64,000 bases of DNA from a virus (lineage: Duplodnaviria; Caudoviricetes). The DNA is taken from positions 8,350 to 72,349 of IMG/VR virus record IMGVR_UViG_3300032365_000024; one strand, given 5' to 3'. How positions within the stretch are numbered: the stretch's first letter is position 1; every line of letters begins with the position of its first letter. Below the pieces are notes generated by a model that worked only from the letters and a program-made list of their open reading frames with translations, was not told the DNA's origin and made no database searches. The translations under genes and the position numbers were made by a program. Shown in pieces: positions 45,461 to 56,200 of this stretch.

Positions 45461-46031
45461 TCCAAATATCCTCTGGTAAATCTGCTGGAGGTAGAGCTTT
45501 CACCACTTCTTGACGTGATGTAAATATTCTAGATAACCACAATAAAAATCGTTCCCATATTGTAAGTGGAATAATAGATACTCTTGTCCCAAGTACCCAT
45601 TGAAGCATAGCAAGATCTGCCATATTGGTAAGAACAAATGCATCATCAGCCATCGCTTCGTTAAATTTAGTGATAGCTGATTCTTCAGTCACTTTAGGAG
45701 AAAAATGCGGGCATACCTTAGCTGTTTCATTACTCATACAAATATCACCTGACCATGTATTTAATTTCTCAGAACCATATACACATAAATGAACATCATC
45801 AGAATCATCTTGAAATACTACAAGAGTTATTTGTTTATGTGGAACTAATTCAGCTCCAAATTCTGATGTATAAATACCAGGTTTTTGAGAAATAGGTGAT
45901 GAAGTATGTTTATAATTATATTTACAATTAAGATAACATCTTCCTCGAATATCTTGTAAATATTGTCGCAAATACCTATAACGTAATTTACGAAGACGAG
46001 TTTCTATTTCTTTTTCTGATTTCACAGGCAC
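45438..46031 (-). CDS. Hypothetical protein (197 aa)
   Basis: Coupled ORF; four scattered Cys. Confidence 0.55.
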   Translation of the reverse strand: MPVKSEKEIETRLRKLRYRYLRQYLQDIRGRCYLNCKYNYKHTSSPISQKPGIYTSEFGAELVPHKQITLVVFQDDSDDVHLCVYGSEKLNTWSGDICMSNETAKVCPHFSPKVTEESAITKFNEAMADDAFVLTNMADLAMLQWVLGTRVSIIPLTIWERFLLWLSRIFTSRQEVVKALPPADLPEDIWNDPSEDS

Positions 46032-46687
46032 TCAGTCCTAATCTTTCGAAGTTTGAGACAACCGTCCTTATGCCCTTCGTAAGCCGTATGAGCATGAGTA
46101 ATAAATTCCGAATTATGAGTCACCATCAGAATATTTACGCCCGTACGCTCGGCTAATTTACGCATAAACATCGCAGCCCCAGGGACATATGCATTAGATA
46201 CGAAATGCATTGATTCATCCAACAAAAGCAAATTTCCCATACCCATACGAGCCATGACTGCAAGACGAAGAACTAATGAAATTACTGCTGCAGCACCTCC
46301 ACCATAAGAATTTATAGGATCACCTTCAACAATACCTCTTGGACTTTCTTCTTCCAAGACAAATCGGATGGCAACTCGATTATATTTTGGTTCCTGTTTA
46401 ACACGAAATGTTAACTGTTGATCATGAATAGTGTGACGTAATGCTGTAGTAGCGAGATCCGCCATTGCATCGGTATTTTTCTCAAGTGAATCATCAAGCC
46501 ACTTCTTAAAAATTTCAGAACATTTTTGATGAAGATCTACTTGATAACAGGCATCCTCTTTATCTTTTTCAAGTGAAGCTATTCGACGTTTTAAAACATC
46601 ACAATATGTTTGTAAACGCGTAAAATTAAGTGTAAATCTTTTTTGTTTTTCGATTAACTCAGTATCCATTAATGAGTCCTCATACAC
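46022..46687 (-). CDS. sbcC: SbcC/Rad50-like ABC ATPase, C-terminal half only
   Basis: Short coiled coil, signature SYGGG, Walker B LLLLDES, H-loop MVTH; no Walker A. Confidence 0.8.
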   Translation of the reverse strand: MYEDSLMDTELIEKQKRFTLNFTRLQTYCDVLKRRIASLEKDKEDACYQVDLHQKCSEIFKKWLDDSLEKNTDAMADLATTALRHTIHDQQLTFRVKQEPKYNRVAIRFVLEEESPRGIVEGDPINSYGGGAAAVISLVLRLAVMARMGMGNLLLLDESMHFVSNAYVPGAAMFMRKLAERTGVNILMVTHNSEFITHAHTAYEGHKDGCLKLRKIRTECL

Positions 46688-47805
46688 TGCAAAAAATGAC
46701 GCGCTGAAACAATTGATGGTTGTATTGAAGTCATTTCTAATAGTGTCGGAATTTTCGGATGCGAATATCGCAAAAGAATGATGTCATCATCAACAGCTGA
46801 TATAATACTAAATAATGTAGGAACATGAAAATCAGAACGTAGTTCTTTTCCTTTACGAAATTTTACTTGAATCGATGCCATTTCTTGACCATTCGACGAT
46901 ATACTTAAAGTTCCAGAATTATTCTCACTTGAACAGACAGCAGCAATATTTATCCTTGAAGTTCCTTCAATAGCTGTCTTAGTCCACGATAAACTACTAA
47001 CTAGTTTAGTTCTTTCTACTTCAAATTCAACTAAATAGTCATTTTCAGACACAAGAAACAGTGGTGGTTTTGCAGTTACTACACGACTAAGTATTAAATA
47101 TGAACCAGTATCTGGATCAGAAAGAAATAAATGAGATGCATTTTGTCCTATATTTATTTGTTCACTCTTAATTTTCATGCAAAAAGTACGAATCATAGGA
47201 ATATCAGCTGATACGATCGATAAATCAAGATTAAGTCCCGATAAAAATGCAGCTGATGCATATGTACGAGCATTTGATGTCACACACTCTTTTTCTGGAT
47301 AAAAATGTATCTGATTTATTTTCATATCCTCATCAGTTTTAGTTTCTCTGATCAAAGCGGCACAAGAGACTTTATGTAATAAGTCTTCAAATGACTTTGC
47401 TTGTGTCAATACTCCACCAGACGGTAATTCACGCGAAATTATTTTAGGTCGACGCGAATTATCAGGTCTACGACGTATAACTGCCGATCTATTTTGACCT
47501 TCTTCTGAAGCACGAATATTTAATCCTTTATCACCGACACTAATTGACATTGAAGATAACTTCGCATCAAATAATGTCTGTCTATCAACAGATAAGAAAA
47601 ACTCATCTGAAACATAATCATCTTCAGTATCGGAACTTAACGCACGAATATCTGCACGACAAAAACGTCTTCTATCATAAGATATAACCGACAACGTTTT
47701 TCCTGCAATACGAAGTACATAATCGCCTGTCATAGGACGAATTAGTTTCACCAAAGCGAAACCACGCCGAATATCATCTGGACAAAAAGAAAATTTAGGC
47801 ATCAT
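46669..47805 (-). CDS. dnaN: DNA polymerase III beta sliding clamp (divergent)
   Basis: 378 aa; three-domain periodicity; FEDLLHKV..A...INQIHF...VTSN and VERTKLVSSL resemble DnaN; near dnaX and dnaG. Confidence 0.6.
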   Translation of the reverse strand: MMPKFSFCPDDIRRGFALVKLIRPMTGDYVLRIAGKTLSVISYDRRRFCRADIRALSSDTEDDYVSDEFFLSVDRQTLFDAKLSSMSISVGDKGLNIRASEEGQNRSAVIRRRPDNSRRPKIISRELPSGGVLTQAKSFEDLLHKVSCAALIRETKTDEDMKINQIHFYPEKECVTSNARTYASAAFLSGLNLDLSIVSADIPMIRTFCMKIKSEQINIGQNASHLFLSDPDTGSYLILSRVVTAKPPLFLVSENDYLVEFEVERTKLVSSLSWTKTAIEGTSRINIAAVCSSENNSGTLSISSNGQEMASIQVKFRKGKELRSDFHVPTLFSIISAVDDDIILLRYSHPKIPTLLEMTSIQPSIVSARHFLQCMRTH

Positions 47806-48095
47806 CCAATCTCTTTAAGCATTGGAGCTAACATCTGTTCTGCAGAAGTCAAATCTGCATCAAAAGCATCAAGTTTTAAACTAAGAACTTGTTTCTTTCT
47901 ACGAACTTCTTCAACTAAAGTATCCGGATCAAATCCAGCTACACGACAAGCAGATATAGTTTCTTTAAGAATCTTCTTTCTTGAATCAAGAATGGTTTCA
48001 ACTTTAGTTTTGCTTCTAATAATATCCTCCCTACGACTCGTTAAACGCTTCCAACGTTGTTCGATTTCCTCGATAGATACTTCTTGTGTTGTCAT
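47802..48095 (-). CDS. Small coiled-coil protein (97 aa)
   Basis: Heptad-rich; coupled ORF. Confidence 0.55.
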   Translation of the reverse strand: MTTQEVSIEEIEQRWKRLTSRREDIIRSKTKVETILDSRKKILKETISACRVAGFDPDTLVEEVRRKKQVLSLKLDAFDADLTSAEQMLAPMLKEIG

Positions 48096-48967
48096 TTATT
48101 TTCTCCAGAACTTATATCTTCAAGTATGAAAATTGAATCCACGATTCGTCCACCAGACTCAAGATGTGATAATGATAAATACTCATTACTATCTTCACAT
48201 TTTAAACGATAATCACACATATTACATTCTTTAGATGGCTTAGTATGAAAAATCTTAGATTGAATTTTCTTACATACGTCAAAAATATCATTAGTTACCT
48301 GGTGTATTATATCATTATTAAATTCAATCCATGATAATGGATCTTGTGGAAATGCCCAAAATATAAAACCAAGACGTTGAGGCATAACATTATATTTAAT
48401 ATAATGTTGAATAGCATACCAGATAAGCTGATTCGAATCTACATACTTTTCACGATATTTACTAGCTTTTCCGTCTAAAATCCAGATATTAGATCTATCC
48501 TTACCATGAATAAAATCACATCGACCTCCCATTTTTAACGTTAAATTATGCTTAGCGTGTTTAAATATGACCGTTAAATCAACTTCAGCTCTACTATATG
48601 GAGTTAAAAAACCATTTGACCTGATAATTTCAATACTATCAGGAATCATGGTACGAAGTTGTCCGGTAAGTATCGGATATACTGTGGAATCAATATTAGG
48701 ATCCCATTTCTCTTTAGTGAAGACATCAGATATTGCTGCGTCAATTCGATCTATACAAATTTTTTCCGGATTCGAATTTTTCCATAACATTTCCGAATAA
48801 AACCACTCAAGTATTTTTCCAAGCGAAGATCCAAGAAAGGATGACCTAGGATCTTTAACTACAGGTGTTTTTGATATATAACAATGTTTATATTTAGATG
48901 GACATGTTTGATACATTTTCCATCTTGAATAACTAAGATACATATCAAATTTATTAAATCCATTCAT
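48092..48967 (-). CDS. PD-(D/E)XK exonuclease (RecB/AddB/Cas4-like) with 1+3 Cys motif
   Basis: LSYSR...TCP, GRCDFI, ILDGKAS, QL.WYA, CNMCDYRLKC. Confidence 0.85.
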   Translation of the reverse strand: MNGFNKFDMYLSYSRWKMYQTCPSKYKHCYISKTPVVKDPRSSFLGSSLGKILEWFYSEMLWKNSNPEKICIDRIDAAISDVFTKEKWDPNIDSTVYPILTGQLRTMIPDSIEIIRSNGFLTPYSRAEVDLTVIFKHAKHNLTLKMGGRCDFIHGKDRSNIWILDGKASKYREKYVDSNQLIWYAIQHYIKYNVMPQRLGFIFWAFPQDPLSWIEFNNDIIHQVTNDIFDVCKKIQSKIFHTKPSKECNMCDYRLKCEDSNEYLSLSHLESGGRIVDSIFILEDISSGENK

Positions 48968-48969
48968 GA

Positions 48970-49962
48970 TTATATCTCGTGATGTTTATCTTCTTCTGCT
49001 GCTTCAAGCAAACTAAAAGCAAGTTTACGTACATCATCAGGAAAATTTGCAAGTTGTTCTTTTCGAGCATCAAGAGATGTACTTACCATAATATCTCTTT
49101 GCTGTATATACTGCGTTACAAAATCATCAATAGATGTATTAAAGGACATTAAATGACGTTTAAGTTCAAAATCAAAAATATCAGCCGCATCACGATGTGG
49201 CACGATAACTTCCTCAACATCAATTCCATTTGCAGTAATACGCATTAACGAAATTTTAGGTTTACGTTCTACATTTTCAAGAGTTAAAGCACCACGAGAT
49301 ATAGCGCCAAGATTAATAAATTTAATACCACAATGTTCAATAATACCCTGATCTTTATGATAGTGTCCAAATACATATGCATCTGGACATCCATTAAATA
49401 TTAAATCACGATAATCAAATATGCGTTCATGAAAAAATGACTGAATTTTTTCCTCCGGAGCCATTGCAGCAAGTGCATGAACAACAGCAATAGTAATGTT
49501 TTCATCCTTTTTCTTAACAATTTCTTGTACACCATCAATATCTAAATCTGTCATATATGGTACCCCTACAACACGAACTTTTAAAGATCCAGATTCAAAT
49601 ATTTCTTCAGTAATAGGATGAAATACTTCAGCTCCAAATAACACTCCAAGTGGCTGTCCAGGTATTGAATCTAAGTCATTATTAGATAAATCATGATTAC
49701 CAGCTATTGTATAAGTTAGACATGGATAACGTCGATGAATACGCGACGCCATTGCTATAGTTCTCATCGTAGTTTTGTTTGCTGCTTTAATATGAAAAAA
49801 ATCGCCACCACGCAAAACAGCTGTAGCATTAAATTTACGAGCTTGTTCACCCTGCCATTCGAGCATTCCTAAAATTTCACCACGATAATCGTCTTTACGA
49901 TATCCAGGAGGATGATCTGATAGGTGTTCGTCAGAAGACGTCAAAAAACGAATATCACCCAT
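48970..49962 (-). CDS. sbcD: SbcD/Mre11-like metallophosphoesterase nuclease
   Basis: SDEH, GGDFFH, GNHD, VVH, GHYH motifs. Confidence 0.88.
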   Translation of the reverse strand: MGDIRFLTSSDEHLSDHPPGYRKDDYRGEILGMLEWQGEQARKFNATAVLRGGDFFHIKAANKTTMRTIAMASRIHRRYPCLTYTIAGNHDLSNNDLDSIPGQPLGVLFGAEVFHPITEEIFESGSLKVRVVGVPYMTDLDIDGVQEIVKKKDENITIAVVHALAAMAPEEKIQSFFHERIFDYRDLIFNGCPDAYVFGHYHKDQGIIEHCGIKFINLGAISRGALTLENVERKPKISLMRITANGIDVEEVIVPHRDAADIFDFELKRHLMSFNTSIDDFVTQYIQQRDIMVSTSLDARKEQLANFPDDVRKLAFSLLEAAEEDKHHEI

Positions 49963-49995
49963 ATTTTACGGTACACTAACGAGTATTTTTAAAAA

Positions 49996-50337
49996 TTAAG
50001 AAAGCATAACTCGATAAACACAAATATATTCCCGAGATTCTTGTTCTGTAATCCAACGTCCGAGAAGAGGATCATCACGATCTAATATACAAGTTCCACA
50101 CCAGCAATGAATCACAAACGGAGTTTTACTTCTAATACTAGTAGACCAAAAATATCTAACCTTTTTAGAACAACCACTTATGGATATTAATCGCCCTGAT
50201 TTCCATATATCACCACAATTAAATTTAATTTGTTCCGAATCTAATTTATCTCGCCATAAATATTCAGTATCCATAGCTACTCTTCGGACCGGGTAACGGT
50301 AACTTATAATATTCACATATCTGTCGATTTCTATCAT
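49996..50337 (-). CDS. Hypothetical protein (start may be 50274)
   Basis: Co-oriented ORF; the listed 5' end overlaps the upstream gene. Confidence 0.45.
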   Translation of the reverse strand: MIEIDRYVNIISYRYPVRRVAMDTEYLWRDKLDSEQIKFNCGDIWKSGRLISISGCSKKVRYFWSTSIRSKTPFVIHCWCGTCILDRDDPLLGRWITEQESREYICVYRVMLS

Positions 50338-50740
50338 TATGAGTTAATGGGGATATCGCGTCAAAACGATCACCCCATTTATCAAATCCAGGACCGATAT
50401 TAAATTTATTGAAATGATCTTCAGAAATTGAAATAATACGTTCTGGTGTAATGCCTGGTGCAAATGGGTGGTCAGCCACATCAATAGAAAGACTTCCGTA
50501 TACACTGCTGCACATTATACATGGTAACACATGTGATCCAATAAGATCTAAAATTCTAACACGTTCATCATCGGTTAAAACTGAACTCGGAAAAGCATGT
50601 TCATAACCAAGATCATCCGTACTTCTATTCCATATTTTCTTATCAAGATCAGATAGGAACGCCCTCTCTTCAGAAGAGAGTGGAGAGGGCGTTCCATATT
50701 TCACTTCGAGCGGGCGAGTTGATTTTACATCTTTTTGCAT
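50264..50740 (-). CDS. Hypothetical protein (158 aa)
   Basis: G-TATATT-N7-ATG upstream. Confidence 0.55.
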   Translation of the reverse strand: MQKDVKSTRPLEVKYGTPSPLSSEERAFLSDLDKKIWNRSTDDLGYEHAFPSSVLTDDERVRILDLIGSHVLPCIMCSSVYGSLSIDVADHPFAPGITPERIISISEDHFNKFNIGPGFDKWGDRFDAISPLTHNDRNRQICEYYKLPLPGPKSSYGY

Positions 50741-50760
50741 AATATAATATACGCTTAAAA

Positions 50761-53148
50761 TTATATATTAATACGAATTTCTTTCATTTCAACCTCACCA
50801 TCAATAGAATTACCATCAACGGTAATAGATAACTTCGTATCCTCAAGAGTAGGCAGATCCTTAAACCAACATTGCCCAACAATAATTGAAAAAACTATGT
50901 TTGCCTTATTAAAAATTAACTGACGTGTTTTTTTGATAGCAGCTTTCGATTCACTATCAAGCCACGCTTCAAGTATTCGATTTTGATCTGCAGCCTCAAT
51001 AAAAACCGGACTCGTTAAAAACGCTTCCACGTGTTCACATACTGGCCGCATGAGAGCTCCAGGAGCATTTACTTTCCCTCTTTTGATTTGTTCACGAAGC
51101 TCTTTCAAACTCGGTAACTTTGAATATCCCTTAATACTAACCACAAGTTCTTTACCCATGTAAAAATCTTTTACTTCAGCTTGAACCGCTTTAGGACTAA
51201 AACCTCCATCGGTAATACCTTGATCCTTGAGCCAAAGAGCTGCAGCATCTCCAAAACGAGCTGCCATCCCTTCAACCTTGCGAGGAGGAAGCTTATCTTT
51301 CACATATGCATTGTATACTTTTTGAGCTGCCCGAGCCTTAGTAAGTTCATATTCTAATTCAAACATAGCTTTAGCAAAAACTTCCTTAACCATCTTGCGA
51401 TTAATTATCGGAAGCTTCCCGAGATCAAGTAAAAATTCTGCTCCCTCTTTATCTGGCCTAGCATCATCAACGCCAAATAACTCATCAGGAGCACCAGCTT
51501 CCTGAAGAGCTCTCACTGTTTTACAAGTCATACATACGGGCAGAGTTTTTACATTCACAAGTCCATCAGCAATAATAGCATAATTACGCCAAATGAATGT
51601 GTCGAGTTTATCAGGAATTTTTCCTTTGAATTCAGGTGGTATTCGTGAAGAAAGATCCACTACACCTTCTTTACGAACTAATAATGAAATATTTGGACGC
51701 TCTTCATTGAAAGTGAGCGCCATAATAGGATAACCATCAGGAGCTGGCCTCGCTTCAAATTTCAAAGCTTCCTTTTTAGGAGCTAAAATTTCATCAATTC
51801 GTTTTTGATGTTCTCTAATTTTTCCAGCAGTTTTTTCTGCGGCAATCTTTGCCGTAAGAACTGTAACTTCTTTTTGTTCTTCATCAGTTAGTACGTCAGA
51901 AGAATCAATACGACCACGACCAATCCGACTATAAGAAAAATTTGGATGTTCCATCAATACTCGATTTCCGTCATCCTCACTCAAAATATGTAATAAATTA
52001 ATAATAGTAAAAGCATCATCTTTAGGAACTTTATTCGGATCACGCCCTTTTAAGAAAATACCATTTCCAACAGATGCTGCTCTTACCATATCACAAAATT
52101 CAGCATATTTTTGTTTACCAAAGCAACCAGAAAACTTCTCTATTAACCTGACATCTCCGATTGCACGTAAAATCGGAAGAACCACATCAGGCTGCATACG
52201 AGATCCATAAAGAGATGCCGCAGCATAAGCCATCTGAACAGTTTTTCGCATCTGTTCGGGTACTTCAGGGGCATTGTTATGAACCCATATTGTTTCTGCC
52301 AGATCTGAAAGATCTTTATCCTGTGTTCCAACTAATGATGAACTTAAATACCAAATTTCACTAAGATCTTCAGGAACTAAAACTCTTCCATGTTCCGGAA
52401 ATCTCGACTCATATGTAAATGTAAGTAGGTCATTGCTTTGTGAAGCAAATATAAATCCCTTTACAGGTTCACCAGTGATAGTAATTGTAACTTTTGGTGC
52501 CCCTGATATCTTCTTTTGAAGAACAGATTCAAAAGTAGGTTCATATTTTTCAAAATCTTCACTAAAAATAAGAGAACCACCGGCTTTCTCAGCCATGGCA
52601 GTCATTAGTTGCCGATTACAGTAATATCCATATTCCACAAATGTAGTAGCTGAAAAAACGCCAGCAGCTTTTTCAACTGCAGTCATAATTTCATACTGAC
52701 TATTCTGGTTGTCATAACCATCAGACATAAAGAATAAACTAAAAGCACCGGGATTTTTCTTTTTTAGATCTGTCACAAGTGTGGCAGCTTCTTCGATAGG
52801 CTCTTTGAATCCAGTAAGACTTAATGGTCTGAGCCATCTATCAATAGCTTTATTAATATCAGAAAGATCTTTTAACGTAGAAACAAATTCACCCTTAATG
52901 AGGGTTCCATAATCACCACGGCTTGAAAACCAAATAATACTAATTGTATCTTTTGGACCAAGAAGCTTCGGCAACTTCAGTTTAAGTTGTTCACGAATCT
53001 TTGGAAGGTCACTATACATACTACCAGAGCAATCGATAATAACAACAGTATTTGTTGGAATATCAACTGCTTTTGCCAGTGAAGCCTTATTAATCACTTG
53101 ATGGACGAGATATAAATCTTTACTTATTTGGTATGAAGTTTCAAACAT
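50761..53148 (-). CDS. von Willebrand factor A (vWA) domain protein (795 aa)
   Basis: MIDAS VVIIDCSGSM, T in LTGF, FFMSDG; strong SD GGAGG; long uncharacterised C-terminal part. Confidence 0.8.
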   Translation of the reverse strand: MFETSYQISKDLYLVHQVINKASLAKAVDIPTNTVVIIDCSGSMYSDLPKIREQLKLKLPKLLGPKDTISIIWFSSRGDYGTLIKGEFVSTLKDLSDINKAIDRWLRPLSLTGFKEPIEEAATLVTDLKKKNPGAFSLFFMSDGYDNQNSQYEIMTAVEKAAGVFSATTFVEYGYYCNRQLMTAMAEKAGGSLIFSEDFEKYEPTFESVLQKKISGAPKVTITITGEPVKGFIFASQSNDLLTFTYESRFPEHGRVLVPEDLSEIWYLSSSLVGTQDKDLSDLAETIWVHNNAPEVPEQMRKTVQMAYAAASLYGSRMQPDVVLPILRAIGDVRLIEKFSGCFGKQKYAEFCDMVRAASVGNGIFLKGRDPNKVPKDDAFTIINLLHILSEDDGNRVLMEHPNFSYSRIGRGRIDSSDVLTDEEQKEVTVLTAKIAAEKTAGKIREHQKRIDEILAPKKEALKFEARPAPDGYPIMALTFNEERPNISLLVRKEGVVDLSSRIPPEFKGKIPDKLDTFIWRNYAIIADGLVNVKTLPVCMTCKTVRALQEAGAPDELFGVDDARPDKEGAEFLLDLGKLPIINRKMVKEVFAKAMFELEYELTKARAAQKVYNAYVKDKLPPRKVEGMAARFGDAAALWLKDQGITDGGFSPKAVQAEVKDFYMGKELVVSIKGYSKLPSLKELREQIKRGKVNAPGALMRPVCEHVEAFLTSPVFIEAADQNRILEAWLDSESKAAIKKTRQLIFNKANIVFSIIVGQCWFKDLPTLEDTKLSITVDGNSIDGEVEMKEIRINI

Positions 53149-53232
53149 AGATCCTCCTCAAAAGTCTCTTAGGACCCTAACGCCATCAATAAATTACATC
53201 TGAGAGATATTTATATTATGAATTAGATAAGA

Positions 53233-56200
53233 TTATGATTCATGAATCACACGAGCACGGGCCATGTCGAAACAGGTATGAATAAGTGAACTTAAGTTAG
53301 AATTACGTACTGTCTCGCGTTCGTTCATAACTGCGACTGTGAATGCTCGTGGATCTCCAAAAATAAATACTTTCTTTCGAGCCCTAGTTATAGCCGTATA
53401 AATTAAATTACGATATAGCATAATTCCATATCTCATTGTCATCGGCATAATAACATAGTCGAATTCCTGTCCTTGACAGTTCCATCCACAAAAACCATTC
53501 TGAATAAAACGATGACCATCTGGAACTTCTATGCATACAGAAGGACCTATAAATTCTTCTATACTTGATATAGCACTATGGTGAAAATCCAAACGAAGTT
53601 GTAATTTCCTATGATCATCTGTAATATTAACAGCTCGCCTTAACATATCAGATAACTGATGTCTAGACATACGCTTTCTAATAAGAACATTTTTATCCGA
53701 TAATGTAAAAAATTGTGGACCTCCATTTGCATCTCGAATTGCAAGTGCTTCTGATTTAAGAATTGGTACTTGATATTTTTTGTCAATACCACATGGAAGA
53801 AGTGCACGTTCCTGCTTCCATTTAGTAATAAATCCTATTTGTTCCGCAAATTTCCGTATATTACACCCATATATACAAATTGCATGATATTTTTTAGTAC
53901 ACCCATCAGATAAAACTCGACGATGCCAAGCTAAACCAGAGATAATACCAAAACGAAGCAACATAACTTTTACATCTTTATATATAGATTCAACACTAGT
54001 TACAAGTTCAATATGATCAGATATTTCTCTCTTTTTATTTATATTAACAGTTCCATCTTCAAATAATCCACGCAAAAATCGCGACTGAATAACAAGCGAA
54101 GATTGTATAATAATATAAGGAATAGCCTTATTACATGCTTCGAGCCCATCAATTTGACTTAACCATCTCGCTATGTATGTAGAACTAACTTCAGCACCAT
54201 CTGTTCCGTTATGTAAACCACGTTTTGCCTCTACTCCGAAAAGTGATTCACATAGTACAATAAATCGATCAACAACATCAGTCGAATTTTTGACTAATCT
54301 AAACCCACCATGATATATAGTTCCATCCGCAACCATAAGTCCAAAAAATTCTGCTACATCACAATCAAGCACAGTTGGCAATTTATGTATGATTTCATTA
54401 TTAACACCAGTTATAGGAATAGGAAGTGATTGAAATTCTTGAGACCCCCATTCATATCCGAGTTTAAGGGATAATATATTTCCTTCCATTAGAGCTGAAG
54501 CAGGACGACGAATATAACCAATATTATCATCCCATACATCCATACCATGATCCGGAGTTACTTCTATAATATACCCATCTACAGTAATAATACGAAGCAT
54601 TTTTGAAGGAATATTTGCAATTTTTTCTCGATATAAAGAATGACCAGATGGGGTAGCAATCATTCCACTTTCTTTAATATTGTTAATCCGACATAATCCA
54701 TTCGGAGTCTCAACAAGAGTATCTGGAGATACACATTTATGCACAGTACATGCATACGCAACTCGTAATAGTTGTCTAACTTCTTCAACTTTAAAAGTAA
54801 ATATTTTATTAATATAACAAGATGATTCCTGGTCAAACCAGTTAAAAACTTTCACATCAACTTCATCATCTCTAAGTGAAATACGAGTTATTTTACCGAC
54901 ATCACCATTATAAATCATTTTATCATAATCATTTTGAATAATCATGATGCGATCACCCTCGTATAAATCTGTATCACCTTGTTTTACAAAATTAGTTAAT
55001 TCGGGATTATACGAAGGATTTAAAACACTGCGCATTCTTCTATTTAAATCATGAACACCGAGGTCACCATCATATACAGGTGCTATAACTTGAAAATTGC
55101 TACCTTTTTCTTTCATTAAATATGTTAACTGACAAATTTGATCTACTACTTCATTTTGTGGATAATTAAGAAACATAACTTCCGATTGTTTATCAAATTG
55201 TGTATCAATAGACTCTCCACGTAAAATGGCATGAGAAGTCTTAATAATGGCCGATAATTTTTCTTGACGATAAATTCGTGTTAATGATACGTGTGGTACT
55301 ACATCACATTCCATCAAATGATGTAATACATATCCAGCACCGACTGATGGTAATTGTGCAGAATCACCAACCATTATTATAACGGTTTTTTTTGATAATG
55401 CAGTGATAAGACGACAAAAAGTCTGCATATCCACCATCGAATTTGATACTAAAATATTATTTGAAAAATAATTATGATTATCTTCAACTTCAATATCATA
55501 TACATATCGATTATACTTATCACACGGAGTATATTTTTTTATTTTTTGAATCTCGAAAAATTTAATATTCTTCCATGGTTCAAATGAGAAAAAAGAATCA
55601 TTAATATAATTATTTACATCACATTTTGGTAATTTATAAGCCATACATTCGTGTATATAAGGACGTATTATATCCCATAAATGATATGCAGATTCAGAAA
55701 ATAATCTTATGAAATAGTGACCCTTTCCATTTTTATAAATAGAAGATTTGATACCCCATTTCTCATTTAGCCATTTACGAATAATAATGTTTTCTTGTTT
55801 AGTAAATCCTTCAGTATGAAATTTAACCGATAAAGTAGAATGTTTAGAGCGCTTCCCACGTTCTTTAACTAATTGACCGTCATCCATATACCAAGCTGAT
55901 AAACCAATTTCATTAATTTGATCAAGCCATTCTCTTGATATAGTCTTTCGTTTGTTCTTATAAATTAATTTATAGATATTTATGGCTTCCTCTAAGTGAG
56001 GAGAATCAGAACGGTATAATTGTTTAGATGGTTTAAATCCACCTCTTGAAAGATATTCCTTAGAATGAAATAATCTAGCCTTAAATTGAAGATACTCACG
56101 TTGAGCTTCTCCATGAACAAATGAAAAACAACAACTATTTTTTGAAAATCTATTACAACATGCATCACCAAGAAGACTACCCATTATGAATGATTTTTGA

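Noticed and set aside
48092-48967. Cas4 / CRISPR adaptation module
   Set aside because: No array, cas1 or cas2; the context (SbcD, clamp, primase) points to a recombination exonuclease.
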